NCBI GenBank assembly: GCA_030704615.1
Contig: CM060733.1
Coordinates: 74,524,001-74,588,000, forward strand
Length of the DNA stretch: 64,000 nt
Direction of reading: 5' to 3'
Source of the DNA: Takakia lepidozioides
Taxonomy: Eukaryota; Plantae; Bryophyta
Shown piece by piece: positions 49,320 to 63,559 of this stretch (positions are counted from its first letter, which is position 1; every line of letters starts with the position of its first letter). The translations under genes were made by a program, and so were the position numbers. The notes below the pieces were generated by a model. That model was not told the origin of the DNA and made no database searches. It was given only the letters and a program-made list of their open reading frames with translations.

Positions 49320-52300
49320 CCGGCGCCATTTTTCCAGTTCGGGGCCTAAAATGGCTAAGTCCCCAGATCTGACTGGGCCCCAAACTGGAAAAATGGCGCC
49401 GAATTTCCGATTTTGGGTGCCAGTCAGATCTGGGACTTAGCCGTTTTCAACCCCAAACTGGAAAAATGGCGTTTTTTTTTTTTTTTTTTTTTTCGGCGCC
49501 ATTTTTCCAGTTCGGGGCCGAAAATGGCTAAGTCCCAGATCTGACTGGGCCCAGAACTGGAAAAATGGCGCCGAATTTCCGATTTTGGGTGCCAGTCAGA
49601 TCTAGGACTTAGCCGTTTTCGGCCCCGAACTGGAAAAATATCGTTTTTCTTTTTTCTTTTTTCCCGACGCCATTTTTCCAGTTCGGGGCCGAAAATGGCT
49701 AAGTCCCAGATCTGACTGGGCCCAGAAATGGAAAAATGGCGCCGAATTTCCGATTTTGGGTGCCAGTCAGATCTGGGACTTGGCCGTTTTCGGCCACGAA
49801 ATGGACAAATGGCGTTTTTTTTTTTTTTTTTTTTTTTTGCGGTTTTTTTTTTTCGGCGCCATTTTTCTATTTCGGGGCCGAAAATGGCTAAGTCCCAGAT
49901 CTGATTGGCACCAAAATCGGAAATTCGGCGCTATTTTTCCAGTCATGCAGGTAATTCGAAGAGCGGATGGATGGAAATCCGGCGCCGGATTTCCATCCGC
50001 CAGGTAAGTCGGCGCGCAAAATTTCTGTCATGCAGGTAATTCGAAGAGCGGATGGATGAAAATCCGGCACCGGATTTCCATCGATCCGCTCTTCGAATTA
50101 CCTGCATGACTGGAAAAATGGCGCCGAATTTCGATTTTGGTTGCCGGTCAGATCTGGGACTTAGCCGTTTTCGGCCCCGAACTGGAAAAATGGCGTTTTT
50201 TTTTTGTTTTTTTTTTCGGCGCCGTTTTTCCATTTCGGGGCCGAAAATGTCTAAGTCCCAGATCTGACTGGCACCAAAATCGGAAATTCGGCGCCATTTT
50301 TCCAGTCATGCAGGTAATTCGAAGAGCGGATGGATGGAAATCCGGCGCCGGATTTCCATCCGCCAGGTAGGTCGGCGCGCAAAATTTCCTTCATGCAGGT
50401 AATTCGAAGAGCGGATGGATGAAAATCCAGCGCCGGATTTCCATCGATCCGCTCTTCGAATTACCTGCATGACTGGAAAAATGGCGCCGAATTTCCGATT
50501 TTGGGTACCAATCAGATCTGGGACTTAGCCGTTTTCTGCCCCGAACTGGAAAAATGGCGTTTGTTTTTTTTTTTTTTTTCCGGCGCCATTTTTTCTATTT
50601 TGGGGCCGAAAAAGGCTAAGTGCCAGATCTGACTTGCACCAAAATCGGAAATTCGGCGCCATTTTTCCAGTCATGCAGGTAATTCGAAGAGCGGATGGAT
50701 GGAAATCCGGCGCTGGATTTCCATCCGCCAGCTAGGTCGGCGCGCAAAATTTCCGTCATGCAGGTAATTCGAAGAGCGGATGGATGGAAATCCGGCGACG
50801 GATTTCCATCCGCCAGGTAGGTCGGCGCGCGAAATTTCCCTGAAGAAGGTAATTCGGAGGCGGATGGATGGAAATCCGGCGCCGGATTTCCATTCGCAAG
50901 GTTGGTCGGAGAGCGGATGGATGGAGATCCGGCGCCGAATTTCCATCCTGCAGGTAACTTGAATCCCGGATGGATGGAAATCCGGCGCCGAATTTCCATT
51001 CAGCAGGTAAGTCGGATCGCTGGCGTATGGATATTCGGCGCCGAATTTCCATTCGCCAGGAATTTCGAAGCGCTGAATTACCTTCCTGCGGGTAATTCTG
51101 ATCGATGAATTACCTTCCTGCAGGTAATTCTGAGCGTGTCCGATTGATTTTTCGGATTTTTCTTGGAATCCTTCACTGCTAGAGGCAAATCGGACCAGCC
51201 TCGGACGGAAATTCGGCGCCGTTTTTCCATTCTGGGAGGTTTCTACGACTTCCTTTGAGGGGGGCCCCGATGGAAATTCGGCGCCGAATTTCCATCCGGG
51301 GGATGGTCTCTGTCGGAGAGGTGCCGGCCTCTCCGCCGCTCTGTTGGATATTCGGTGCCGAATTTCCGTCCAGGGGTTGAAATATGACGGCCAGGTGCTG
51401 GCCTCTCCCCCCTCCCCGACTGCATTGGAACGGCCCCGGATTGAAATTCGGCGCCGTTTTTCCATCTGGGGAGGTTTTTATGTCGACCAGTTTTCGGTCT
51501 GATCCCCCGACACGACTTCCTTTGGGGGGGCCCGGATGGAAATTCGGCGCCGAATCTCAATCCAGGGGATGCTCTCTGTCGAACACGTGCCGGCCTCTAC
51601 GCCCGAGGCGACTTCATCCAGGCGTCCCCTGTTGGATATTCGGTGCCGAATTTCCATCCGGGGGTTGAAATGTGACGGCCAGGTGCCGGCCTCTCCCCCC
51701 TCCCCGACTGCATCCGAACCGCCCCGGATGGAAATTCGGCGCCGTTTTTCCATCTGGGGATGTTTTTATGCCGGCCAGTTTTCGGCCTGACCCCCCGACA
51801 CGACTTCCTTTGGGGGGGGCCCGGATGGAAATTCGGCGCCGAATCTCCATCCAGGGGATGTTCTCTGTCGCACACGCGCCGGCCTCTGCGCCCGAGGCGA
51901 CTTCATCCGGGCTTCCCCTTTTGTATATTCGGTGCCGAATTTCCGTCCGGGGGTTGCAATGTGAGGGCCAGATGGTGGCCTTTCCCCCGAGCCGACTGCA
52001 TCCGAAAGGCCTCGGATGGAAATTCGGCGCCGTTTTTCCATCTGGCGATGTTTTTATGCCGGCCAGTTTTCGGCCTGACCCCTCGACACGACTTCCTTTG
52101 GGGGGGCCCGGATGGAAATTCGGCGCCGAATCTCCATCCAAGGGATATTCACTGTCGCACACGCGCCGGCCTCTGCGCCCGAGGCGACTTCATCCGGGCT
52201 TCCCTTGTTGTATATTCGGTGACGAATTTCCGTCCGGGGGTTGTAATGTGAGGGCCAGATGGCGGCCTTTCCCCCGAGCCGACGGCATCCGAAAGGCCTC

Positions 52301-52507
52301 GGATGGAAATTCGGCGCCGTTTTTCCATCCGCGGAGGTTTTTATGTTGGCCAGTTTTCGGCCTGACCCCCCGACAGGACTTCCTTTGGGTGGATCCGAAT
52401 GGAAATTCGGCGCTGAATTTCTATCCGGGGGATGTTTTCTGTCAGACAGGTGCCGGCATCTCTGCCCCAGACAACTTCATCCGTGCGGCCCCTGTTGGAT
52501 ATTGGGT
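48315..52507. mobile_element. Element C right part, inverted copy (terminus plus satellite 48485-52507)
   Basis: Starts GGGGGCTGCTATTTCATGAGCGGCATGAGCATGAGC; reverse complement of ~13260-18387 with unit-number differences. Confidence 0.78.
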
Positions 52508-55500
52508 GATGGAGGAGCAGGAATCAGCAGAAGAACAGCAGCCCGCCATAGTTCCAAGGACAGATGAAGAGGACACCGCATCTGAGGGAGAGACAGACGA
52601 GATGGAAGAGGATGTTGAAGGTGGCCTCACGAGGAGTCTGCCTGCGGGAAAGAGGAAGGGGGAGAGGCTCATGTACACGCTCGGTGCAGAGAGCAGCCCG
52701 AAGCGCAAAGGGTCCCCAGCAATTGGGGAGTCTTCTGGAGCAGCCAAGAAAAAGGTGAAATTCTTAAGACCCACATTTCTGTTTCGTTGCTGATATGAAT
52801 ATAGCCCACACAAGACATCTGCACCATGCTGAAAGCATCGCAAACTAGAAGCCCAAACAGTGTGCGGCAACGCACACTGTTTGGGCCTACCAATTTGCTT
52901 GATTGTTCAGGTGCGAAACGCCCAAACTTGGGCACTACAGCAGGTTCAACACAACCCAAATTGCAACCTCAAACAGTGTGAGTTGAGCTGAACATTTCAC
53001 TGCTGTTTCCGTCTGGATATCGGTTTTCCAGGATATGTATGTCAGGACGACAGAACCTTTCAGTGGCAGCTCAAACAGTGTGCGTTGGCGCACACTGTTT
53101 GAGCTCTACATGTCACGGTTTTCTCCGTGTCGAATTCGCCTTTTAGGGCACGTTTCTGATGATGGAATAACCATTCAGTGGCAGCTCAAACAGTGTGCGT
53201 TGGCGCACACTATTTGAGCTCTACATGTCACTGTTTTATTGGTGTTAAAATTCGGCATTTAGGGCACGTTTCTGATGATGGAATAACCATTCAGTGGCAG
53301 CTCAAACAGTGTGCGTTGGCGCACACTGTTTGAGCTGTACATGTCACTGTTTTTTTGGTGTTAAATTCGGACTTCCAGGGCAGGTTTATGATGATGAAAT
53401 AACCATTCAGTGGCAGCTCAAACACTGTGCGTTGGCGCACACTGTTTGAGCTGTACATGTCACTTTTTTTTTGTGTTAAATTCGGACTTCCAGGGCAGGT
53501 TTATGATGATGAAATAACCATTCAGTGGCAGCTCAAACAGTGTGCGTTGGCGCACACTGTTTGAGCTGTACATGTCACTGTTTTTTTAGTGTTAAATTCG
53601 GACTTCCAGGGCAGGTTTATGATGATGAAATAACCATTCAGTGGCAGCTCAAACAGTGTGCGTTGGTGCACACTGTTTGAGCTGTACATGTCACTGTTTT
53701 TTTAGTGTTAAATTCGGACTTCCAGGGCAGGTTTATGATGATGAAATAACCATTCAGTGGCAGCTCAAACAGTGTGCGTTGGCGCACACTGTTTGAGTTG
53801 AACATGTAAGTGTTTTTTCAGATTGAAATTCGGCATTTAGGGCACGTTTCTGAGGATGAAATAACCATTCAGTGGTAGCTCAAACAGTGTGCGTTGGCGC
53901 ACACTGTTTGAGCTGAACATGTAAGTGTTTTTTTGGTGTTAAAATTCGGCATTTAGGGCACGTTTCTGAGGATGAAATAACCATTCAGTGGCAGCTCAAA
54001 CAGTGTGCGTTGGTGCACACTGTTTGAGCTCTACATTTAAGTGTTTTTCCGGTTTAAATTCGGCATTCAGGGCACGTTTCTGAGGATGAAATAACCATTC
54101 AGTGGCAGCTCAAACAGTGTGCGTTGGCGCACACTGTTTCAGCTGAACATGTCACTGTTTTTTTGGTGTTAAAATTCGGCATTTAGGGCACGTTTCTGAG
54201 GATGAAACAACCATTCATTGGCAGCTCAAACAGTGTGCGTTGGCGCACACTGTTTGAGCTCTACATGTCACTGTTTTATTCCGACTTCGAGGGCAGGTTT
54301 ATGATGATGAAATAACCATTTAGTGGCAGCTCAAACAGTGTGCGTTGGCGCACACTGTTTGAGCTGTACATGTCACTGTTTTTTTGGTGTTAAATTCGGA
54401 CTTCCAGGGCAGGTTTATGATGATGAAATAACCATTCAGTGGCAGCTGAAACAGTGTGCGCCAACGCACACTGTTTGAGCTGTACATGTCACTGTTTTTT
54501 TGGTGTTTAATTCGGACTTCCAGGGCAGGTTTATGATGATGAAATAACCATTCAGTGGCAGCTCAAACAGTGTGCGTTGGCGCACACTGTCTGAGCTGTA
54601 CATGTCACTGTTTTTTTGGTGTTAAATTCGGACTTCCAGGGCAGGTTTATGATGATGAAATAACCATGCAGTGGCAGCTCAAACAGTGTGCGTTGGCGCA
54701 CACTGTTTGAGTTGAATATGTAAGTGTTTTTTTCGATTGAAATTCGGCATTTAGGGCACGTTTCTGAGGATGAAATAACCATTCAGTGGCAGCTCAAATA
54801 GTGTGCGTTGGCGCACACTGTTTGAGCTCTACATTTAAGTGTTTTTCCGGTTTAAATTCGGCATTTAGGGCACGTTTCTGAGGATGAAATATCTTGGAGT
54901 TTACAATGAACACTTACCTGGCACAAGTAGATGTTCAATGATCATTTACATGGCAAGTGAAACAGTGTGCGTCAACGCACACTGTTTGAGCCCACTTTTA
55001 CATTGTCTTTTTCTGTGGAATTCGACAACATAGGACATGTCTGTGAGGGTCAATGTACACTTACCTGGTAGCTTAAAATAGTGTGCGTCAACGTACACTC
55101 TTTGAGCCCACTTTTTCATGCCTCAGCCGTCGTTTCATGCCTCTCTAATATCAAGTTGAATGAACAACCCTGCAGGAGAAGATGCAAAGTGTGGCAGATG
55201 AGGTCCCTTCGGGTCAGGAGAAGGAGATAATTGTTGATGTGGACGATGAGTTCTATGAAAGCAAAGCCGCTGAGATGCTGGGGGGTCAGAAGGTAAACTC
55301 TCAGCTTGTGGTGCAAAGTATGCTTGCCCCGGGTGGGAGGTTGAAGATTCCCCTGTGTAGGTTGGTTTCCATGCCCGTCGTTCGTACACCCCTCGTCAAG
55401 GACATTCTCAAGCTAGAGGCCGAGTTTGTGCATGGGTATTTGGATGGATCCGCAGTCTTTTACGTTTCTACTAGGGATTCCAAAGGTATTGAGCTCCTTG

Positions 55501-58500
55501 TGGATCAGTCAATCGTGGACTCCTGGGACCCCATTTGGAGTCAGCTGAACGAATCCTTCGAACTTCTTCTCTCCAGGAAACCTTCCACCCAGGCATTCTC
55601 GGGAAAGAGTTTCACGTTTGGGATGGGAACCACCGCTTGCTTGCATGGATGGCTGTCATTGGGAGGCTGCACTCACAGGAGGAAGAGTGGCATTACTCTG
55701 GCATTACCCTAAACTTGTGCTGGATTGTGACGGGAACATGATGGGTCTTCTGATGGCAATGAATGATGTGAACAGGTTGGTTTCTCATTCTACATGTTCC
55801 ACTTGTGGTTCCGTTCTTCTTTGATTGAAGACCTTGAATTGAATTTCATTCTGACTTGCAGATATCATTCTGCAGAGGAACGGAGACATCGCATGTCAAA
55901 ACGAGTTTGGTTCATACACTGTATAGGATACAAAGGATAGGGCAGATGCCCTTGACCAACTTCAAGACCATCCTTTCAGCGGAGATGTACAAGAAGTGCG
56001 AAAGCTCCAAGACATCGGAAACGTGGTACTCGTTGACCCGTGAGGCTTTCATGGAGTACATGTACACGGTGAGATACATCTTCCTTCATCTGGTCTTCCA
56101 TATTCCACATGTTTGTTTCTGTTTGTTTCCCTTGACCTTGTGCTGATGCAACTCTCTTGCATTCCCTTGCAGCAAGACATTGCAGATGCAGGGGAGCGTG
56201 ACAAACTGGAATACTACAGCTCTACCCCTGAGGAGAGAAGGACAGCAAAGGGAGTTGAGAGTCGCATCCAGAAAGAGATGACCGCTACAAGAAGGACTAT
56301 AATGAGTGCTTTCGTGAAGCAGTTGAGAATGTCAGTGACAATGTGCTGGACACCTGGCTTCACAAGGCCACTTACTGGAGCCAGGTGTGATGTCCTTCCC
56401 TGTGTCACTGTCTTTTCTCTTTTCCTGTCCTTATCTTTCTATTGCCTCTTACATTCGCTGTGATTGCTTTTGGGTTCATTCTTGCATTTGTATTGTTTTG
56501 CAGTTGGAAGAAAGGGCCAGATCCGTTCTGCATACTCAGCTGGCTGACTATGGCATTAGTATGATAGCACCGAAGGTGTCCTTCGAAGCATACATGAGGA
56601 AATGGAGAGCCACAGTGTGACACTCTTATTTCTTTAGAGAGTTCAGCAAGGAGGGTGGCATCAGTCGAACAAATGAGCTGGACCAGCAAGAAAAAGGAGA
56701 GGAAGCCTGGAAACGATGCCTTTACAGGTGCACACTCTTGCACTACTTATTTGTGCTGTGGTTGCAATGTGTTGTGTGGCATACTGTTGAAGGGGGTCTT
56801 CCTGGTGTGATGGAAAAGTTGCCACACAATATTTCCATTGTAAAATGAGGCTGTCTCTGTTGCTGCAGGTACATAAAGTTTGTTCTCCTGGAAGAGAATT
56901 GCCTGGACAAACATCCGGATTTCGTGGACCTGTGGCTTGTCCCTGCTGGCAACCAGACCATGTTTACTACTGGGATCTTGCATGACTGGGGCCCAGACCA
57001 TCTTTCTTCTTGTGGTTGGTATTTGGATTGCCCTCCTTCTGAGACCCCAGCTCCAGAGGTGTCTTTGAGGAGAGAGAATGACCGTATTGCAGCCACTGCC
57101 GCAGCAGCCGACCTCAACATTCATGAACGTAATTTGAGGACTCTTGCAGAGAAGGAGCCTCCGCTCAGGATACCCCAGGTAGAGGAAGAAAGGCAAAGGG
57201 AAAAGATGTTGCTGGTGTTGTTGGGAAGGGAAGGGGTAGAGGGAAGGTGGCACAAGGGCAGGGAAGTGTTGCAGATATTGGCCCTGTGGAGCATGTCCAG
57301 CAGACTCCACCGCATGGTAGGGGATCCGGGAGAAAAAACAAGGGGGTGGTTGATCCCAAGGACCCGTACCATGCAGTGGAACATCCCACGAGGGTCATTC
57401 GCCCAACCAGGTTGGAGATGGCCAACGTCGGGTTCCTTGCCATGATGGAGTCGAAGAAATCTGATTACAAGGGCGAGCCATCACCTGTGTGGGACAGGAT
57501 TGTGCAGTTCCTCAGCACGGTGCGTGTTCTCTTTGGGTTTTGTGGCTTTGTTGTTTTTGTCTGCTGTGGGCATGGATCGTTTCTAAACTTGTGAGAATTC
57601 CATTGTATTTTTGTTTGCAGGCTAAAATGACCAAATCCTGGGTGAACGGGAAGGAGAAGCCATATGCAGCCGAACTCATCATCTTGGACATCCCTGATGG
57701 GTTGGCAGTCCCGGATATCCCTCCATCGGGTGCTTGTCCGGGTTGGAATGCTTTTGATGAGCGCTACTGGCGGTGGGTTTTTCTCCTTTTGCAACTTCTT
57801 CCTGTCCGATGCAGGTGTTTTGGTGCTCATCAAGTCCATCGACGGTCGGTGTGTCGCCGTGCACTTTCCAGCTATTTGAAAGCCTCGGGCATGAGAGTCG
57901 TGAAGACATGGAATTGTGTGAACAACATGTACCTTACGAAGGGGGATCGTCCGGGAGAGATGGTGAGTTTGCCTTCTTCTTCCTCTTCTTGGTTGTTCTC
58001 GGATGGGGTTATAGGTTGCTGAACTCATATGTAGGGGCCCGATTTTTTTTTGCTTCTTAGTTCCTTGTGGATGTCATGTTCGCAGACTCGTCTATTTGAA
58101 GTGTTTGTCTCGTCCGGGTGCATCCACAAACGACTCCGGCCGGCATTACCGAGTTTGTCATCACTCATGGGGCCAAGTTCATAGATGACAGGACAGATCC
58201 CCCCACGGATGACATGCATCACAACTACGTCGACAGCAACATGTGCTTGCGAAGGGGAATGGGGTTCCTTGGAGAGGGGCGAGGGAGAGGAGCCCGGCTT
58301 TCATTCAAACAATTGTAGAGTGCTGCACCTACACAGACGCCAAAGTTCTGGATTTGTCGATGGGCACAGGGTTCTCTTCAACATTCACATTTCATGAGGT
58401 TTGATTGAGCTTGCACTTTCAGTACTTCCCACCGTTCCGAATGTGTCTTCAATGTCTTCTTCATTCATTCTATTCCACTGCAGGTGCTTCTTACCACGCT

Positions 58501-58678
58501 TGCAAGGCCAGTGCGCGACATCTCTTTTGGGATTGAAGGGGATGCTGAGATTTACAAGAACCTCCTGATGGGTTTGGGTGGACACACTTCTCAAGTCCTT
58601 CCGAAGCCCCGTCCCGTTGATACTGATACAGAGGAGACTTCTGACAAGGAGCTGGACTCCAACTTTGCCTGTGAGTAA
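52508..58678 (+). pseudogene. Cargo gene A, copy 3
   Basis: Same exons as copies 1 and 2. Shares the frameshift before FHVWDG and the TGA (~56618) with copy 1, and has an extra deletion near 56330. Confidence 0.75.
53058..54890. repeat. Intronic 116-bp palindrome array, ~16 units
   Basis: Same unit as 6780-8310. Confidence 0.95.
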
Positions 58679-59572
58679 GTTCAACCTTTGCATGCTTGCA
58701 TTGTTGTTTCAATATCGAGAATCGCTGTTCTTGAGGCAAAGTGCACATTGGAGACATCCTCTTTGTTGGACTTGTGCATTGCATCATTGTATTAAAAATG
58801 GGGTTTTGTGGACATGTGCAGGAGTCCGCGTGCTTCCACTTGCCCTCCAGGGCTATCACACCTATTTGGACTTGTTTGCAGTCCTCCTCGGTCTTGCGTG
58901 CTACCTGTCTATGCGGAGGCACTCGCAGCAAGCATGTCCGTTCATGGGACTCCGAGTCCCCTTACGACGGCCTTCGTAGAACACGTGGTGTTGGGCCAGA
59001 TCTTTGTAGATGACATAGCACAGGAGGTGGACACTGATTGTGATGACTGCGACACTTGATATGAAGTTTTCTTTTGGTTTAATTCTGGGCCAAATTTGAA
59101 ATGGGATGGTTGTGTGTCCTTGTTGTCCTGTTTGCAATGTGTGCGTGGAATTCACATTCATGGTTACAAACTATTGTTGGAGATGGGGGGGTTGCATGGA
59201 CTGCCTGGATTGTTCCTTCAATCTATTTGGTGTTTTGTGGACCTCACAGACTTAAGTACATTGCGAAACAAACAAACCACTTTGGTTCGTGTAGAGCATC
59301 CTCGCATCATTTGCTAGTTGGTCCCCAAACTATTTCTGCTAGAAGAATGGTTGGTGAATCCATCACGGTGAAGTCCACCTCATCAAAAACTGTTCAGGCA
59401 TTCTCAATTCTACCCAAATCAACCCGCGGAAATAGGTGACACCACTCGGAAATAGGTGACATCCGCGGAAATAGGCACTGTTTGCATGCTGACATGGCGT
59501 GAGCCTGTGCTGGGCTCACGCTTTCCTGGGCTCACAGGCTCACGCCTCCGGGCTCACGGAATAGCACCCCCC

Positions 59573-62137
59573 CGTCACATTACTACCCCGAATGGAAATT
59601 CGGCACCCAATATCCAACGGGGCCGCACGGATGAAGTCGTCTGGGGCAGAGATGCCGGCACCTGTCCGACAGAAAACATCCCCCGGATGGAAATTCAACG
59701 CCGAATTTCCATTCGGATCCACCCAAAGGAAGTCCTGTCAGGGGGTCAGGCCGAAAACTGGCCGACATAAAAACCTCCGCGGATGGAAAAACGACGCCGA
59801 ATTTCCATCCGAGGCCTTTCGGATGCCGTCGGCTCGGGGGAAAGGCCGCCATCTGGCCCTCACATTACAACCCCCGGACGGAAATTCGGCACCGAATATA
59901 CAACAGGGGAAGCCCGGATGAAGTCGCCTCGGGCGCAGAGGCCGGCGCGTGTGCGACAATGAATATCCCTTGGATGGAGATTCGGTGCCGAATTTCCATC
60001 CGGGCCCCCCAAAGGAAGTCGTGTCGAGGGGTCAGGCCGAAAACTGGCCGGCATAAAAACATCGCCAGATGGAAAAACGGCGCCGAATTTCCATCCGAGG
60101 CCTTTCGGATGCAGTCGGCTCGGGGGAAAGGCCGCCATCTGGCCCTCACATTGCAACCCCCGGACGGAAATTCGGCACCGAATATACAACAGGGGAAGCC
60201 GGATGAAGTCGCCTCGGGGCGCAGAGGCCGGCGCGTGTGCGACAGAGAACATCCCCTGGATGGAGATTCGGTGCCGAATTTCCATCCGGGCCCCCCCCAA
60301 AGGAAGTCGTGTCGGGGGGTCAGGCCGAAAACTGGCCGGCATAAAAACATCCCCAGATGGAAAAACGGCGCCGAATTTCCATCCGGGGCGGTTCGGATGC
60401 AGTCGGGGAGGGGGGAGAGGCCGGCACCTGGCCGTCACAATTCAACCCCCGGACGGAAATTCGGCACCGAATATCCAACAGGGGACGCCTGGATGAAGTC
60501 GCCTCGGGCGTAGAGGCCGGCACGTGTTCGACAGAGAGCATCCCTGGATTGAGATTCGGCGCCGAATTTCCATCCGGGCCCCCCAAAGGAAGTCGTGGGG
60601 GGGGTCAGACCGAAAACTGGTCGACATAAAAACCTCCCCAGATGGAAAAACGGCGCGAATTTCAATCCGGGGCCGTTCCAATGCAGTCGGGGGGGGGGAG
60701 AGGCCGGCACCTGGCCGTCATATTTCAACCCCCGGACGGGAAATTTGGCACCGAATATCCAACAGAGCGGCGGAGAGGCCGACACCTCTCCGACAGAGAC
60801 CATCCCCCGGATGGAAATTCGGTGCCGAATTTCCATTGGGGCCCCCTCAAAGGAAGTCGTAAAAACCTCCCCAGATGGAAAAATGGCGCCGAATTTCCAT
60901 CCGGGGCCGTTCCAATGCAGTCGGGGAGGGGGGAGAGGCCAGCACCTGGCCGTCATATTTCAACCCCCGGACGGAAATTCGGCACCGAATATCCAACAGA
61001 GCGGCGGAGAGGCCGGCACCTCTCCGACAGAGACCATCCCCCGGATGGAAATTCGGCGCCGAATTTCCATCGGGGCCCCCTCAAAGGAAGTCGCAGAAAC
61101 CTCCCAGAATGGAAAAACGGCGCCGAATTTCCGTCCGAGGCTGTTCCGATTTGCCTTTAGCAGTTAAGGATTCCAAGAAAAATCCGAAAAATCAGTCGGA
61201 CACGCTCAGAATTACCTGCAGGAAGGTAATTCAGCGCTTCGAAATTCCTGGCGAATGGAAATTCGGCGCCGAATATCCATACGCCAGCGATCCGACTTAC
61301 CTGCTGGATGGAAATTCGGCGCCGGATTTCCATCCATCCGGGATACGAGTTACCTGCAAGATGGAAATTCGGCGCCGGATTTCCATCCATCCGCCTCCGA
61401 ATTACCTTCTTGAGGGAAATTTCGCGCGCCGACCTACCTGGCGGATGGAAATCCGGCGCCGGATTTCCATCCATCCGCTCTTCGAATTACCTGCATGACT
61501 GGAAAAATGGCGCCGAATTTCCGATTTTGGTGCCAGTTAGATCTGGGACTTAGACATTTTCGGCCCCGAAATGGAAAAACAGCGCTGGAAAAAAAAAACA
61601 AAAAAAAACGCCATTTTTCCAGTTCGGGCCCGAAAACGGCTAAGTCCCAGATCTGACTGGCACCCAAAATCGGAAATTCGGCGCATTTTTCCAGTCATGC
61701 AGGTAATTCGAAGAGCTGATCGATGGAAATCCGGTGCCGATTTTAATCCATCCGCTCTTCGAATTACCTGCATGACGGAAATTTTGCGCGCCGACTTACC
61801 TGGCGGATGGAAATCCGGCGCCGGATTTCCATTCATCCGCTATTCGAATTACCTGCATGACTGGAAAAATGGCGCCGAATTTCCGATTTTGGTGCTAGTC
61901 AGATCTGGGACTAAGCCATTTTCGGCCCCGAAAATGGAAAAATGGCGCCGAAGAAAAAAACCAGAAAAAAAAAAAAAAAAAAAAAAAACGCCATTTTTCC
62001 ACGGGGCCGAAAACGGCTAAGTCCCAGATCTGACTGGCACCCAAAATCGGAAATTCGGCGCCATTTTTCCATTTCTGGGCCCAGTCAGATCTGGGACTTA
62101 GCCATTTTCGGCCCCGATCTGGAAAAATAGAGCCGGG

Positions 62138-62169
<32 letters not shown>

Positions 62170-62688
62170 GATATTTTTCTAGTTCGGGGCCGAAAACGGC
62201 TAAGTCCCAGATTTGACTGGAACCCAAAATCGGAAATTCGGCGCCATTTTTCCAGTTCTGGGCCCAGTCAGATCTGGGACTTAGCCATTTTCGGCCTCGA
62301 ACAAGAAAAATGGCGCGGGAAAAAAAAAAAACAAAAAAAAAAAAAAAAAAAAACGCCATTTTTTTGTTCGGGGGCCGAAAACGGCTAAGTCCCAGATCTG
62401 ACTGTCACCCAAAATCGGAAATTCGGCGCCATTTTTCCATTTCTGGGCCCAGTCAGATCTGGGACTTACCCATTTTCGGCCCCGAACTGGAAAAATGGCG
62501 CCGGAAAAAAAAAAAAAAAAAAAAAAAAAAAACGCCATTTTTACAGTTCGGGGCCGAAAACGGCTAAGTCCCAGATCTGACTGGCACCCAAAATCGGAAA
62601 TTCGGCGCCATTTTTCCAGTTCCGGGCCCAGTCAGATCTGGGACTTAGCCATTTCAGGCCCCGAACGAGAAAAATGGCGCCGAAAAAA

Positions 62689-62722
<34 letters not shown>

Positions 62723-63559
62723 GCCATTTTTTCTAGTTTGGGGTCGAAAACGGCTAAGTCCCAGATCTGACTGGCACCCAAATTCGGAAATTCGGCGCCA
62801 TTTTTCCAGTTCGGGCCCAGTCAGATCTGGGACTTAGCCATTTTCGGCCCCGAACTCGAAAAATGGCGCCGGGAAAAAAAAAAAAAAAAAAAAAAAAAAA
62901 CCGCCATTTTTACAGTTCGGGGGCCGAAAACGGCTAAGTCCCAGATCTGACTGGCACCCAAAATCGGAAATTCGGCGCCATTTTTCCATTTCTGGGCCCA
63001 GTCAGATCTGGGACTTAGCCATTTTCGGCCCCGAAATGGAAAAATGGCGCCATTTTTCCAGTTCTGGGCCCCGAAAATGGCTAAGTCCCTACGATGGCTG
63101 GAACCGCAACTAGAAATTCGGCACCATTTTTCCAGTTCCGCGCCCTATCAGATTTGGGACTTAGCCATTTTCGGGCCCGAACTGGAAAAATGGCGTCATT
63201 TTTCCAGTTCCGCGCCCTATCAGATCTGGGACTTAGCCATTTTCGGGCCTGAACTGGAAAAATGGCGCCATTTTTCCAGTTCGGGCCCGAAAATGGCTAA
63301 GTCCCTAGGGTGGCTGGCACCAAAATCGGAAATTCGGCGCCATTTTTCCAGTTCCGGGCCCAGTCAGATCTGGGACTTAGCCATTTTCGGCAAGTAAATG
63401 CAATAAAATGTTGCATTTCAAGTCCACTGGTGTCACATTCCACCTTCACATGACCCTATTTCCGTGCCTCCTAACCCTATTTCCGTGGACTTACAATGGT
63501 CTGCTCATGCTTTTTTTTTTCCCGCTCATGCTCATTCCGCTTATGAAATAGCAGCCCCC
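59573..63559. mobile_element. Element C right part (palindromic satellite 59582-63390 plus terminus)
   Basis: Direct copy of 13228-18387 with fewer units. Confidence 0.78.

Larger units (their letters stand above)
52508..59572. mobile_element. MULE element A, copy 3, left-truncated inside cargo exon 1
   Basis: Colinear with 6231-13227. Right terminus followed by CGTCACATT (59573-59581). Confidence 0.92.

Noticed and set aside
51672-52793. 373-aa ORF as a novel gene
   Set aside because: It is a chance read-through from satellite into cargo exon 1 across the 52508 junction.
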